From Spirochaetaceae bacterium (lineage in GTDB: Bacteria > Spirochaetota > Spirochaetia > DSM-2461): DNA of 64,000 bases. A program made the position numbers and the translations under genes. The DNA is taken from assembly GCA_051531975.1 (NCBI GenBank), contig JAOPTT010000006.1, positions 96,656 to 160,655 of the forward strand, in the 5' to 3' direction. The notes beneath the pieces were generated by a model. It was not told the DNA's origin, ran no database searches, and saw only the letters and a program-made list of their open reading frames with translations. Of this stretch, positions 1 to 10,102 are shown piece after piece. Each line of letters begins with the position of its first letter. Within the stretch, counting starts at the first letter, position 1.

Positions 1-538
1 ATCAAACGATGAAAATAAAAAAGTTATAAACGAATCTTATTTAAGTTTAAAGGATTTATATAAAATTGCTGAAGAAAACCAAAAAGTTAATGTTAAAAGG
101 CTTATAGATATTTCTGAAGTCGCTTTAGGTTTTAAACGATTGCCTGTTGATACACAAAATATTAGAGCTAGTAATAATCTTTTTAATATTGCTAAGGGGA
201 AACTTTCTAATACAAATCAAACAGATACAGATGCATTAGATCTTATTTTAATAGATTTAAAAGCAGCACTTACATTAAATCCACGTAACGAGGACATTCC
301 AGTAGTAATAGATGATATTTTAGTAATGTTAGGTGAGGAGTCTAATTTCCAATTAGAGCCGACTGAAGATAAGTTATATAGAGATGCACTAAACGATTTT
401 AGAAATGAACGATTTTATGATGCTAAAGATAAAATAATTATAATTTTGCAAGCAAATAGAAAAAATAAAAACTATCCAAAGTTAAAGGATCTTATCAACA
501 GGGTCGAAGTTAAAATAGGGGAAGAAATAACTATCTAA
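1..538 (+). CDS. 3' part of a hypothetical protein with helical (TPR-like) C-terminus; starts before the window
   Basis: Frame of ORF 140..538 is open back to base 2; stop is 2 nt before the next ATG. Confidence 0.7.
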   Translation, partial: SNDENKKVINESYLSLKDLYKIAEENQKVNVKRLIDISEVALGFKRLPVDTQNIRASNNLFNIAKGKLSNTNQTDTDALDLILIDLKAALTLNPRNEDIPVVIDDILVMLGEESNFQLEPTEDKLYRDALNDFRNERFYDAKDKIIIILQANRKNKNYPKLKDLINRVEVKIGEEITI

Positions 539-540
539 AG

Positions 541-3500
541 ATGGGAAATATACAGAAGAGATATTTAATCTCTATATTATTGTTACTTATGATAAACTCA
601 GCCTATTCCCAGAACTTATTTTGGGCAGATAAAGAAGTTATAAGTGATGGAATATCATTTTTTTCCAGTTTTAAATCAAGTGATACTTTTATATATAGCG
701 CATGGCAAAATGTTAGTTACTTTCCAAATAACAGTGGTGGTATTTCAAGTCTCGTTATTAAAAAAAGCAAAGATGGATATGTTTGGGAAGAGATAAAACA
801 TAATATTGAACCTGTTGAGTTTTACGGAAGTACTCCAATTAGAAACTATAGTATGGATACAAATAGTGATGGTGATCTAATAATAGCATATTCAAAAGGG
901 GATTCAGGGGCCTATAATGAGATTGAAATATATAATCTTAGCAATTTGGATTCAAACTTAAAAAAACTTACAACAATAAAGTATGATAGGGCTGTATTAG
1001 CACCAACTATAAATTATAGAGGTGATAATGGGTCTTTGGGGTACATTTTATTTGTTTCTCATTTAAAAGATTTAACTACTGTAGAACAAGAAGATGGTTC
1101 AGAAATAGTTTTAGAATCTGGAGCATTATCGATTTTTTATACTATGAGTGATAATGGAATTTTATGGAATGAGAATAGTGAGTTTATTAATACAATATCT
1201 GATCAAAGTTATTTACCAATTTATAAATATTTTAATAATAGAGAGTACGTTGTTTATCAATCAATTATTACTTCAAATAATCAAAATAATAATTTCCAAC
1301 TGTTCGCTAAGACTAAATCTCCTACAGATTCTGATTGGGGTGAAGATTATATATTAACTGATACAGATGAATTTATTACAGGTACAGGTAATGAGATTTA
1401 TACTGAATTTGATAATCAAAGGGCATCTTTTACTACCAGGGAAGGTAAACTAGGTTTAACCTGGGAACGTAGTTATGGATATGAATCTTCAAAAATATAT
1501 TATTCAGAATTTTCTGATTCTAATAAAGATCCAAAATTACTAAATATTGAAAAAATTACAACAGGTTCAAGAAGCTGTAGTAGACCTAGAGGATTTGAAT
1601 TTAACAGTGAATTTTATCTTTTATGGTTTGATAACCAACTTGGTTCTAATGATGTTGTTATGGCATCACCAGACAAATTGTCTGGTTTTTGGATTGAAAA
1701 TATAATTAGTGACGATAGAAATTATTTATCTGTATTTGGTGATTTCATTCAATTTAATAATACTCTGCGTATTTACTGGGAAGATCAAAATATAAATAGG
1801 GATAGTTATAACCAAAGTCGAGGTAGAATACAGGCTCTTAACCCAGATAAAGATGTGGATAGCCCAATAATTATCTCTGACTATAAAGATAGAGATAATA
1901 AAATATCAGTTAGATTTACATGGACTAAACCAAAGGATTCATCTGGAATTAAGGGATATTATTATAGTTGGTTTAAAAAAGATAGCACTATTAATTTTGA
2001 AAAACGAGTATTATCTAATGTAACAAGATCAGAGTTTCTAAACACGGATACAGATGGTGAATATATATTTAGTATTTACGCTGAAGATAATGCTGGAAAT
2101 CTTTCCGAATCAAGAAAATATGTCTATACATTTGATATTACCCCTCCAGATAATATAAAGTTTCCAGAGATTAAGTCAGATGAAAAAGGGTTCTTAATTT
2201 CAAATTCAGAATCATTATTATGGGATAGTTTTGATGATGATGTAGTGGGATTTTCACATACTCTAACTTATTTAGGTTTTAGTTATGAACAAGATACATT
2301 TGATATAAGTAAAACAAAGAAATCAAATAATTATACTCCTACTCAATCTTATAGTTTTAATAATATAGATGATGGTTATTACGCTTTAACAGTACAAGCT
2401 AAAGATATTGCTGGAAATATAGGTAATCCAGAAGCAATTATATTTAAACTTAATAAGTATATCCCTGTTACCTATATCTCTTTTATAAACTATTCACAAA
2501 ATAAGAATGGTGAGTTAATCACAACAATACATGGTAGAGGATTTAAATCTGGTGGTGATGTTACAACTGTAATATTAGATAAAGACGGTGTAGAACCCTA
2601 CGATTATACATTCAAATATGATTCAGAAGTATTTAATGTAGTTACTGATAGAAGAATTGAAGGTCCTAATTTAGATGAGATAGAGGGTGGAGTTTATAGA
2701 GTTGGAATAATACACCCAATTAGAGGAACATTCTTTAGTAATCCAATAATTAAAGTAGAATCGACAGGTACAATTAAATTTGGAGATTTTACAGAAGGTT
2801 ACGAAGAAGTTTGGCAGAGAGTTAAACCAAAATCAATTTCAATTTCATTTGAACTTGTTATATTTATATTAGCTATTACAATTGCAATATTAGTGTTTAT
2901 TATAACTCTTATTAGATTAATTTTAATTTCACGAGAGAGTAAAAGATTAGTTCATGATGCAAAAGCACTTGCTCATGGAACACCATTTTTAAAAGAGAAA
3001 GATATTTTAAGGATTAGAAATATGAAAAAGAAAGGAATTGGTTTACAAGTTAAATTCACTGTTGCTATTATTGCACTAATTGTAGGTGTAATTGCCTTAA
3101 TAAGTTTGCCTTTAGCAAGTTTTATGATCGATACACAAAAGAAAAACCTAACAGATGCCTTGGTTAGTAGAACTGAAATCCTCTTAAATTCAATTTCTAC
3201 TGGTGCAAAAGATTTTATTGAACGTGGTAGGGAAATTGAACTTGATAACTTAATTAAAACTTCAGAATCTATGGATGAAGTTATCTGGGCAACTATAGTT
3301 GGTGTTTCATCGGCAAACTCTGAAATAACTAATGCGTTATGGGCATATACAGATGAATCAACCGTTGGATATTTTACACCTCTTCCTGAAACTATTAATT
3401 CAGATGATTTTAATAGTTATATAACTAATCAAGAAAATATAGATATTCTTCAAAAAACATACAATTTAAATGCTGACGTTTATGAATTAATAGATAATAT

Positions 3501-5337
3501 TACGTTAACCGAGGATTTAAACAGTAGACAAGTTTTAACAGATAGTGGCTATCCAAGGGATATAACTCTAGGACAAACAATATATAAAGATAAAATAGAG
3601 GATGATGTTAATAACAAAGTATTGGAAATAGAGACAAAAGGAACTACAGAATTACTAAGTAAAAAAGAGGAGTTAATCCAATTAGCAATAGATCGTAATA
3701 ATGCTACAGAACAAATAGTTAAAGAAGAAATTCAAGATACTATAGCACTGTTAAGTGATCAGATAAATGAAGCTCTAAAAAAGATGTCTTCTAATACTGG
3801 TCAGTTTCCTAAGGTTGATTATCAGAAAATATCTGAGTATGATTCCTTTCTGTTTTACAAGCCAGTTTTATATAATGAACCAGGAGTGAATACTTTCTAT
3901 AAGGGTATGGTAAGGTTAGAAGTTTCTACAGAAACAATAAATACTGAGATTAATAATTCAATTAGAAATCTTACTTTCAGAGTTGGTTTTACTGCTATTG
4001 TTGCCATATTAATAGGTTTTGTTGGAGCATTTATTTTAGCGTCGTTTATGATTAATCCAATTAAAAAGCTAGTTCTTGGGGTACAAATTATCCGTGATAC
4101 AGAAGACAAATCTAGCCTTAAAAGCCACGAAATTATTGTAAAATCAAGGGATGAGTTATTTACCCTAGCTTCTACAGTAAACCAGATGACAGAAGGGCTT
4201 GTAAAAGCAGCAGCTCTGTCTAAAGACGTAACAATGGGTAAAGAGATTCAGAAAATGTTTATCCCTTTAGAGTTAAGTCCTGATGGGGAAGGTAAACTAA
4301 CCACTGGTGAATTTGAAAATGATGAAATCTCTGTATTTGGCTATTATGAAGGTGCAAAAGGTGTATCTGGAGATTATTTTGATTATAGACAGATAGATGA
4401 AGATCACTTTGCAATGATTAAGTGTGATATCGCTGGTAAAGGTATACCGGCTTCGTTAATTATGGTTGAAGTTGCAACAATTTTCTTAGCTTATTTTAGA
4501 AAATGGGATAGACGTAAAGAAGGTTATAGAATTGATGAACTTGTATATTCTATGAATGATTTATTGGAAGAAAGAGGGTTTAAAGGTAGATTTGCAGCAT
4601 TTATTGTTGTAATCATGAACACTAAAACTGGTAAATGTCATATGTGTAATGCCGGGGATAACTTAGTTCATTTATACAGAAGTAAACAGCATATAATGGA
4701 AACAATAACACTTCACGAAGTTCCAGCAGCCGGTATATTCTCATCCGAAATGTTAGAGTCTGGAGATGGATATAAAGTTGAAACTACAACATTAGAAAAA
4801 AATGATATTCTGTTCTTATTTACAGATGGAGTAGAGGAGTCTAAACATCTATTTAGAGACGAAAACTATAACGAAATCCTATGTACCCACCCAGGTTTAA
4901 CTGAAGGGCAACTACATGATACACATGCATTAAGTGAAGGGTTTGAAGAGCTTGGAGTACCTAGAATTAATGAAATTCTTCATGCTGTCATACATAAAAC
5001 TACATACTATTTAAGAAAATATCATTATCCAGAACCAGAAGCAACTTTCACATTCGATTTTAGTTCATTAACAGGTGCAGTTAAAGACGCAGTGCTTGGT
5101 TTAATCTCAGTAGAAAAGGTATTTAGACTTAACCCAGATCCAAGTGCTGGGGCAGAGGATAATGTAAAAATTGATAAGGTTGTAAATAACTTTTTGATGA
5201 AACATTTTGATGAATATTCTGACTATTATAAATTTAAAGTTGATAAAGGTGAAGATGCTCAACATGATTTCTTTTCCCATATAAAAGAAGATGATCAGTA
5301 CGATGACCTTACAATTTTAGCAATAAAGAAGAAATAA
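541..5337 (+). CDS. Large membrane sensor phosphatase: signal peptide, beta-rich/FN3-like ectodomain, 3 TM helices, HAMP, C-terminal SpoIIE/PP2C domain
   Basis: PP2C motifs VSGDYFD, CDIAGKG, NAGDN, FTDG, DDLT; HAMP-like PIKKL...DELFTLASTVNQM; repeated AEDNAGN/AKDIAGN FN3/Ig-like strands. Confidence 0.85.
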   Translation: MGNIQKRYLISILLLLMINSAYSQNLFWADKEVISDGISFFSSFKSSDTFIYSAWQNVSYFPNNSGGISSLVIKKSKDGYVWEEIKHNIEPVEFYGSTPIRNYSMDTNSDGDLIIAYSKGDSGAYNEIEIYNLSNLDSNLKKLTTIKYDRAVLAPTINYRGDNGSLGYILFVSHLKDLTTVEQEDGSEIVLESGALSIFYTMSDNGILWNENSEFINTISDQSYLPIYKYFNNREYVVYQSIITSNNQNNNFQLFAKTKSPTDSDWGEDYILTDTDEFITGTGNEIYTEFDNQRASFTTREGKLGLTWERSYGYESSKIYYSEFSDSNKDPKLLNIEKITTGSRSCSRPRGFEFNSEFYLLWFDNQLGSNDVVMASPDKLSGFWIENIISDDRNYLSVFGDFIQFNNTLRIYWEDQNINRDSYNQSRGRIQALNPDKDVDSPIIISDYKDRDNKISVRFTWTKPKDSSGIKGYYYSWFKKDSTINFEKRVLSNVTRSEFLNTDTDGEYIFSIYAEDNAGNLSESRKYVYTFDITPPDNIKFPEIKSDEKGFLISNSESLLWDSFDDDVVGFSHTLTYLGFSYEQDTFDISKTKKSNNYTPTQSYSFNNIDDGYYALTVQAKDIAGNIGNPEAIIFKLNKYIPVTYISFINYSQNKNGELITTIHGRGFKSGGDVTTVILDKDGVEPYDYTFKYDSEVFNVVTDRRIEGPNLDEIEGGVYRVGIIHPIRGTFFSNPIIKVESTGTIKFGDFTEGYEEVWQRVKPKSISISFELVIFILAITIAILVFIITLIRLILISRESKRLVHDAKALAHGTPFLKEKDILRIRNMKKKGIGLQVKFTVAIIALIVGVIALISLPLASFMIDTQKKNLTDALVSRTEILLNSISTGAKDFIERGREIELDNLIKTSESMDEVIWATIVGVSSANSEITNALWAYTDESTVGYFTPLPETINSDDFNSYITNQENIDILQKTYNLNADVYELIDNITLTEDLNSRQVLTDSGYPRDITLGQTIYKDKIEDDVNNKVLEIETKGTTELLSKKEELIQLAIDRNNATEQIVKEEIQDTIALLSDQINEALKKMSSNTGQFPKVDYQKISEYDSFLFYKPVLYNEPGVNTFYKGMVRLEVSTETINTEINNSIRNLTFRVGFTAIVAILIGFVGAFILASFMINPIKKLVLGVQIIRDTEDKSSLKSHEIIVKSRDELFTLASTVNQMTEGLVKAAALSKDVTMGKEIQKMFIPLELSPDGEGKLTTGEFENDEISVFGYYEGAKGVSGDYFDYRQIDEDHFAMIKCDIAGKGIPASLIMVEVATIFLAYFRKWDRRKEGYRIDELVYSMNDLLEERGFKGRFAAFIVVIMNTKTGKCHMCNAGDNLVHLYRSKQHIMETITLHEVPAAGIFSSEMLESGDGYKVETTTLEKNDILFLFTDGVEESKHLFRDENYNEILCTHPGLTEGQLHDTHALSEGFEELGVPRINEILHAVIHKTTYYLRKYHYPEPEATFTFDFSSLTGAVKDAVLGLISVEKVFRLNPDPSAGAEDNVKIDKVVNNFLMKHFDEYSDYYKFKVDKGEDAQHDFFSHIKEDDQYDDLTILAIKKK

Positions 5338-5613
5338 ATGAAAAAGTTTTACTGTCAAGATTGTGGTTCAGAAGTATCTTTAAATAGCGAATCATGTCCT
5401 AGTTGTAATAAAATATTTGGATCTGTTCTTTGTCCTAAGTGTGAATATAGTGGAGCATCCTATAAATTTGAGAATGGCTGTCCAAAGTGTGGTTATCTAA
5501 AAAATAGAGATGTACTTAATAAAAAAGTAAAAACAAAAATGAGTACTAAAATATTTACATCATTATTACTACTGTTATTAAGTATTATTATATTTTTAAT
5601 ATATATATATTAA
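5338..5613 (+). CDS. Double zinc-ribbon protein with C-terminal TM helix
   Basis: Four CxxC pairs (CQDC, CPSC, CPKC, CPKC) and hydrophobic C-terminus; ATG directly follows upstream stop. Confidence 0.75.
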   Translation: MKKFYCQDCGSEVSLNSESCPSCNKIFGSVLCPKCEYSGASYKFENGCPKCGYLKNRDVLNKKVKTKMSTKIFTSLLLLLLSIIIFLIYIY

Positions 5614-7124
5614 AAAATAGTTGAGAGACTTATTGTTAAAATAATATCAAAAAGTTCATTAGAGGATATTGCTATACCTGCAAAACTTTGGGTATTTTTT
5701 AATAGATAAAATGCCTCTATTCCATATAATAGCGTATAATTTTTAAAATCAGTTGTATCAGCTCTTCCAGATATTCCAAATCTATATTTTTGATTATCAA
5801 AATGAAATCCTATACCTGATCCAACTGTGTTATCACTCTCAAGTAATATTTTATATTCAGGAGATATTGATAGATATAATGGTGTCAAATCAAGTGTTAT
5901 AGGTGAGTTAATAATAATACAATTTTCTATATCACTGGATTCATCAGTTTGAATATTAGTAAATTGATAGTTTAAATTTAGACCATATAAAATATTATTT
6001 AAGTTGTTAGATAAAAAAACTCCAGCAAAAAGAGATATAGAAGTGGTCTCTCCATTAAAATCTATATTAAAATCTAAACCTGAATTAAGTTGTAAATAAG
6101 ATGTTATTGATGTTTGTAGTGAAAATGGAATAGATAAAATAGAATTCTCTATTTGTGATTTAAAATTAAAATTAACCTGATTTGCATCATAACCATTAAC
6201 CTCAGCAGTAGGTGAAGCTAAAAGACCACTAAATCCACGATTGATTGGTAAGTTTTTAAGTATCAGTGAAGAGTCAATAATAAATTGCTCAGTTTTAATT
6301 TGATCACCAGCGTTTATAGAAATAGTGTAAATGCCATTAGGAATATCCTCTGATAAAAATTGGCTAAAATAATATAAAGTATCCCAATTATCTAAAACTA
6401 AATGTTTTGTTAGAATTATAGAACCTGATTTATCACTAATACTTATAGATGAATCTTGAGGACCATTTACTAAAATTTTTATTGAGTTTCGACTAAATCC
6501 ATCGTTTGCTTTTTTATTAAATATTTCTTTTTCTATTTTAAGATCTTCTAATATAAAAGCAGCAGGTTCTAAAATGAAGTTCTCTTTAGTTATTAAATTA
6601 GAGTTAATTGTTATTATTCTATTTTCATCTTTAAACCCAAAACCCTGTACTTTTATGTTATAACTTCCAGTAGGAATAGGATCTTCTTTATTAATTAAAA
6701 TTCCACTCATAAAAGTTTTATATTTATTACTGTTAGTTGAAACATCTATATATCCAAATTTTCTAGCTAATTCTACATTTATAATTAAACGACTATTTTC
6801 TACAATAGAAATCCATTTTTTAAAAGTTACATATTTATTTCTTTTTATTTGTAATAGATAAGTACCACTTGTTAGATTTAATTCTAGATCATTGCTTGAA
6901 TATTCTTTACCATCAATATAAATATTTACATTTGAAGTAGCACAAAATAGATTAAAACCAGATTCAAAAACATCATCACTTGAATAATATATTGATTGTT
7001 CGTATTCAACTTGATTTAATTCTAATATTTCTATGCTTTCTTCACTTATATTAAACTTATCTTCAAAACTAAATGAATAGGATAATATAAGATTTAAAAT
7101 AATTACAAAAAATATTTTTTTCAC
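5610..7124 (-). CDS. Secreted PEGA-domain protein with probable C-terminal beta-barrel-like region
   Basis: Signal peptide; PEGA-like IYIDG...LTSGTYLLQIKRNKY and IPTGSYNIKVQGFGF; alternating strands ending in F. Confidence 0.6.
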   Translation of the reverse strand: MKKIFFVIILNLILSYSFSFEDKFNISEESIEILELNQVEYEQSIYYSSDDVFESGFNLFCATSNVNIYIDGKEYSSNDLELNLTSGTYLLQIKRNKYVTFKKWISIVENSRLIINVELARKFGYIDVSTNSNKYKTFMSGILINKEDPIPTGSYNIKVQGFGFKDENRIITINSNLITKENFILEPAAFILEDLKIEKEIFNKKANDGFSRNSIKILVNGPQDSSISISDKSGSIILTKHLVLDNWDTLYYFSQFLSEDIPNGIYTISINAGDQIKTEQFIIDSSLILKNLPINRGFSGLLASPTAEVNGYDANQVNFNFKSQIENSILSIPFSLQTSITSYLQLNSGLDFNIDFNGETTSISLFAGVFLSNNLNNILYGLNLNYQFTNIQTDESSDIENCIIINSPITLDLTPLYLSISPEYKILLESDNTVGSGIGFHFDNQKYRFGISGRADTTDFKNYTLLYGIEAFYLLKNTQSFAGIAISSNELFDIILTISLSTIF

Positions 7125-7148
7125 TTTTACCTCGAATTAAATTTTTAT

Positions 7149-7715
7149 ATGACGATAACTTATTATATAGGAAATATGATTATGAACAAATATTTATTAT
7201 TAACTTTTTTATTTATTACATTATTTATTACTTTTTCTCAAGAAAACAATCAAAGCTTAAGTAATGGCTTTAGAAATATTCAATTAGGTTTGAATATTGA
7301 TGAAGCAAAAGAAGCTATTGAAAGTGATGGTTATTTTGATTATCGTGGTGATCCAGATGTTAGTATGTTGTTATCTGAAGAGAAAAGTATTATAGAAAGT
7401 AGAGGTAACTATTATATTAAAAATGGTTATTTTCAGTTTTATAAAGATACTCTTTATACTATTACATTAATTTTGGATACAAATGATATTGATTATTATA
7501 CAATGTTTACTACATTATCTGATAAATATGGAAAATATGATTCATTAAGTCCAAGTAAAGTAGTTTGGGAAAGTGATAGTGTTAGATTAACATTAGAAAA
7601 ACCACTTACAGTTAAATATGTAGGCTTAGGAATATATAATGACATCGTAAATGATGATATTACAAAAGAAGCCATACAAGAAAAACTTAGAAAGGATTTT
7701 ATTAGTGAATTTTAA
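7149..7715 (+). CDS. Secreted hypothetical protein
   Basis: 188-aa ORF with signal-peptide-like segment; true start probably a downstream Met. Confidence 0.6.
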   Translation: MTITYYIGNMIMNKYLLLTFLFITLFITFSQENNQSLSNGFRNIQLGLNIDEAKEAIESDGYFDYRGDPDVSMLLSEEKSIIESRGNYYIKNGYFQFYKDTLYTITLILDTNDIDYYTMFTTLSDKYGKYDSLSPSKVVWESDSVRLTLEKPLTVKYVGLGIYNDIVNDDITKEAIQEKLRKDFISEF

Positions 7716-8145
7716 ATATATTATATTGATAACTATTTTTGCTATTTTTTCTTGTAGCAGTGACTTCTTAATTTTAGAAATAAACAGTTCAAAACTAAAA
7801 ATCGAAATTGCTAATACAGATGAACTAAGATCAAAAGGATTAATGAACCGGGAAAATTTAGAATCTGATCATGGAATGTTATTTATATTTGATAAGGAAC
7901 AACCTGTTGGATTTTGGATGAAAAATACATCCATACCGTTATCTATTGCATATATAAATAAAAAAGGTGTGATAATGGAGATATATGATATGAAACCATA
8001 TTCATTAGAAACTGTTCCATCTAAAAGATCATCAGTTCTTTACGCATTGGAAGTTAATAAAGGGTATTTTGAATTAAATAATATTAATATTGGAGATAAA
8101 ATAGGTATTAATAAAATAAATATTTATTTGAATTCTTCCAAGTGA
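7651..8145 (+). CDS. DUF192-family protein (possible lipoprotein)
   Basis: Motifs EIANT...RSKGLMNR...GMLFIF...FWMKNTSIPLSIAYI...YALEVNKG; start likely ~7705. Confidence 0.85.
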   Translation: MMILQKKPYKKNLERILLVNFKYIILITIFAIFSCSSDFLILEINSSKLKIEIANTDELRSKGLMNRENLESDHGMLFIFDKEQPVGFWMKNTSIPLSIAYINKKGVIMEIYDMKPYSLETVPSKRSSVLYALEVNKGYFELNNINIGDKIGINKINIYLNSSK

Positions 8146-8330
8146 TAATTTTCATTATCATTTAGTAAAATTTGAATCTTTTTTTCATATGAGGTTAAAT
8201 CTTTTTCTAACTCAGTTGCTAGTTTAATACCCTCTTCAAATGAACTTATTGTTTCATCTAATGTTCCATTATCTTGTTTCATTAATACCGCTATATTTTC
8301 TAATTGTTTAAGTTTTTCTTCAAAATTCAT
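8124..8330 (-). CDS. xseB: Exodeoxyribonuclease VII small subunit
   Basis: FEEKLKQLENI...LDETISSFEEG; coupled to xseA. Confidence 0.9.
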   Translation of the reverse strand: MNFEEKLKQLENIAVLMKQDNGTLDETISSFEEGIKLATELEKDLTSYEKKIQILLNDNENYHLEEFK

Positions 8331-9520
8331 AATTCCTCTTTCATTTCTGTTTTAATTTTTCCATTCTTGTAATTTATTTCTAATAAATCACCTGTTTTTA
8401 TCTTTGTATCAATTATGTTTTTATTGTTTAAAGTCACCCAAGAATACCCTTTATCAAAAAGTTTAAAAGGGGATAATGATAAAATTATCTCTTTGGATGT
8501 ATTAACAATATTTTTCTTTTTTTCAACATTGGCTTTTAACACCGCGACAATCTCTTGATGTAAACCATCGATATACATTCTTTTATTGTTTATTTCTGCA
8601 TTTAAATGCCTCAATTCAGATTTTATATCAAATCTAATAAGCCTGTTTTTATCCCTTAGTAGTTTATTTTTCATGTAAATTATTATTTCATCTTTTAAAA
8701 TCTTTATTGATTTGTATATAACTTCAGAAGCCTCAGTTGCAATCTCAGCTGCTGCAGATGGTGTTGCGGCTCTGATATCAGCAGCCAGATCACTTAAAGT
8801 TGTATCTATTTCATGACCAATGCCTGAAATTATCGGTATTTTAGATTTATAAATTTCTCTAATAACTGATTCTTCTGAGAATGGTAATAAATCTTCCATA
8901 CTACCACCACCTCTAGAAAGAATTATTAAGTCACATAATGAATCTTTATTTGCTTTAATTATTTGAGATGAAATTGTATTGTGGGCGGTAGCACCCTGTA
9001 CTGTTGTTGGTAAAATAATGATATTTGAAAATGAATGTCTTCTTCTTAAAACCTTTAATATATCTTGTAAAGCTGCTCCGGTTGGAGAAGTTATTATTCC
9101 AATAACATTTGGGATTTTAGGTAGTGACTGTTTCTTTGATGGATCAAAAAATCCTAATGATGCAAGTTTCCTTTTTCTCTCTTCAAGCATAACAAGAATA
9201 TCACCAGCGCCAAAAACAGAAATATTATCACAAACAACTTGATATGTACCTCTTTGGCTATAAAGGGTAAGTTTTCCTCTTATTTTAACTTTCATACCAT
9301 CTTTAGGTTTAAAATTTACTTTATAATTACTGTTTTTAAACATAACAGCAGAAAGACTGGAGTTTTTATCTTTTAAAGTAAAATACCAATGCCCATTTAC
9401 AGAGCCTTTAAAGTTTGATATTTCACCTTCTATATTAATAGAGTAAAAAGAATTTTCTAAAATATCTTTAATTACCTGATTTAGTTCTGTAACAGAAAAT
9501 AGATGATCTTGTAAGTTCAT
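8327..9520 (-). CDS. xseA: Exodeoxyribonuclease VII large subunit
   Basis: GEISNF, GHWYFTLKD, ITSPTGAALQD, RGGGSMEDL, GHEIDTTLSD, TPSAAAE. Confidence 0.95.
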   Translation of the reverse strand: MNLQDHLFSVTELNQVIKDILENSFYSINIEGEISNFKGSVNGHWYFTLKDKNSSLSAVMFKNSNYKVNFKPKDGMKVKIRGKLTLYSQRGTYQVVCDNISVFGAGDILVMLEERKRKLASLGFFDPSKKQSLPKIPNVIGIITSPTGAALQDILKVLRRRHSFSNIIILPTTVQGATAHNTISSQIIKANKDSLCDLIILSRGGGSMEDLLPFSEESVIREIYKSKIPIISGIGHEIDTTLSDLAADIRAATPSAAAEIATEASEVIYKSIKILKDEIIIYMKNKLLRDKNRLIRFDIKSELRHLNAEINNKRMYIDGLHQEIVAVLKANVEKKKNIVNTSKEIILSLSPFKLFDKGYSWVTLNNKNIIDTKIKTGDLLEINYKNGKIKTEMKEEL

Positions 9521-9535
9521 ATAAAAAAAATAGCA

Positions 9536-10015
9536 CTAATCAGAATTATTTTCAATCTCATCTTCTAGAGCTTTTTCTAAGGCATCTGCAGCTTCTGCAG
9601 TTTCAGTAATTGCAGATTCAATATATGATTTATCACTATTGAAAGGTAACTTTACAACAAATATTATTGTAGAAACTGATCCTTTTTTATGAATTGCCCA
9701 GTTACCAATATATTTAGTTGAATAATTATCTATTAATAAATAATTAGTTAAGTTCTCTGGAACAGGTTTATCAACAAATGCTTTTGCTATAGAAATAATT
9801 TCTCTAATTTCAACACCTTGAAATGTATTAGTATTGGATCGAACTATTACTTGCTGTTTTCTTGCTGTTCTAGTTATATAGTCAACAATATAGTCTCCTT
9901 CAGAATCTTTATAATATTCAAAAGTTGAGGAGTTTAGAATTTTTTTTATAGAGTAAGTACTTTCCGCAAAAAGTTGAACAGACAATATAAACATTAAAAG
10001 TATTATTAATCTCAT
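9536..10015 (-). CDS. Secreted hypothetical protein (YbjN/chaperone-like fold possible)
   Basis: ORF; likely start MRLII at 10015 with signal peptide. Confidence 0.55.
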   Translation of the reverse strand: MRLIILLMFILSVQLFAESTYSIKKILNSSTFEYYKDSEGDYIVDYITRTARKQQVIVRSNTNTFQGVEIREIISIAKAFVDKPVPENLTNYLLIDNYSTKYIGNWAIHKKGSVSTIIFVVKLPFNSDKSYIESAITETAEAADALEKALEDEIENNSD

Positions 10016-10067
10016 ATCCCTATTATTTGAAAATAATCGCAATAGGTCAATAAATATTATCTTCACT

Positions 10068-10095
10068 CTAACCTATTTCTTGTTTTTGTCGATAT
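10068..10095 (+). promoter_or_regulatory. Candidate sigma28-like promoter (CTAA-N16-GTCGATAT) 7 nt before the spiro-SPASM ATG
   Basis: Resembles FliA consensus TAAA-N15/16-GCCGATAA; no SD before the ATG. Confidence 0.4.
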
Positions 10096-10102
10096 TTTTA
10101 TT

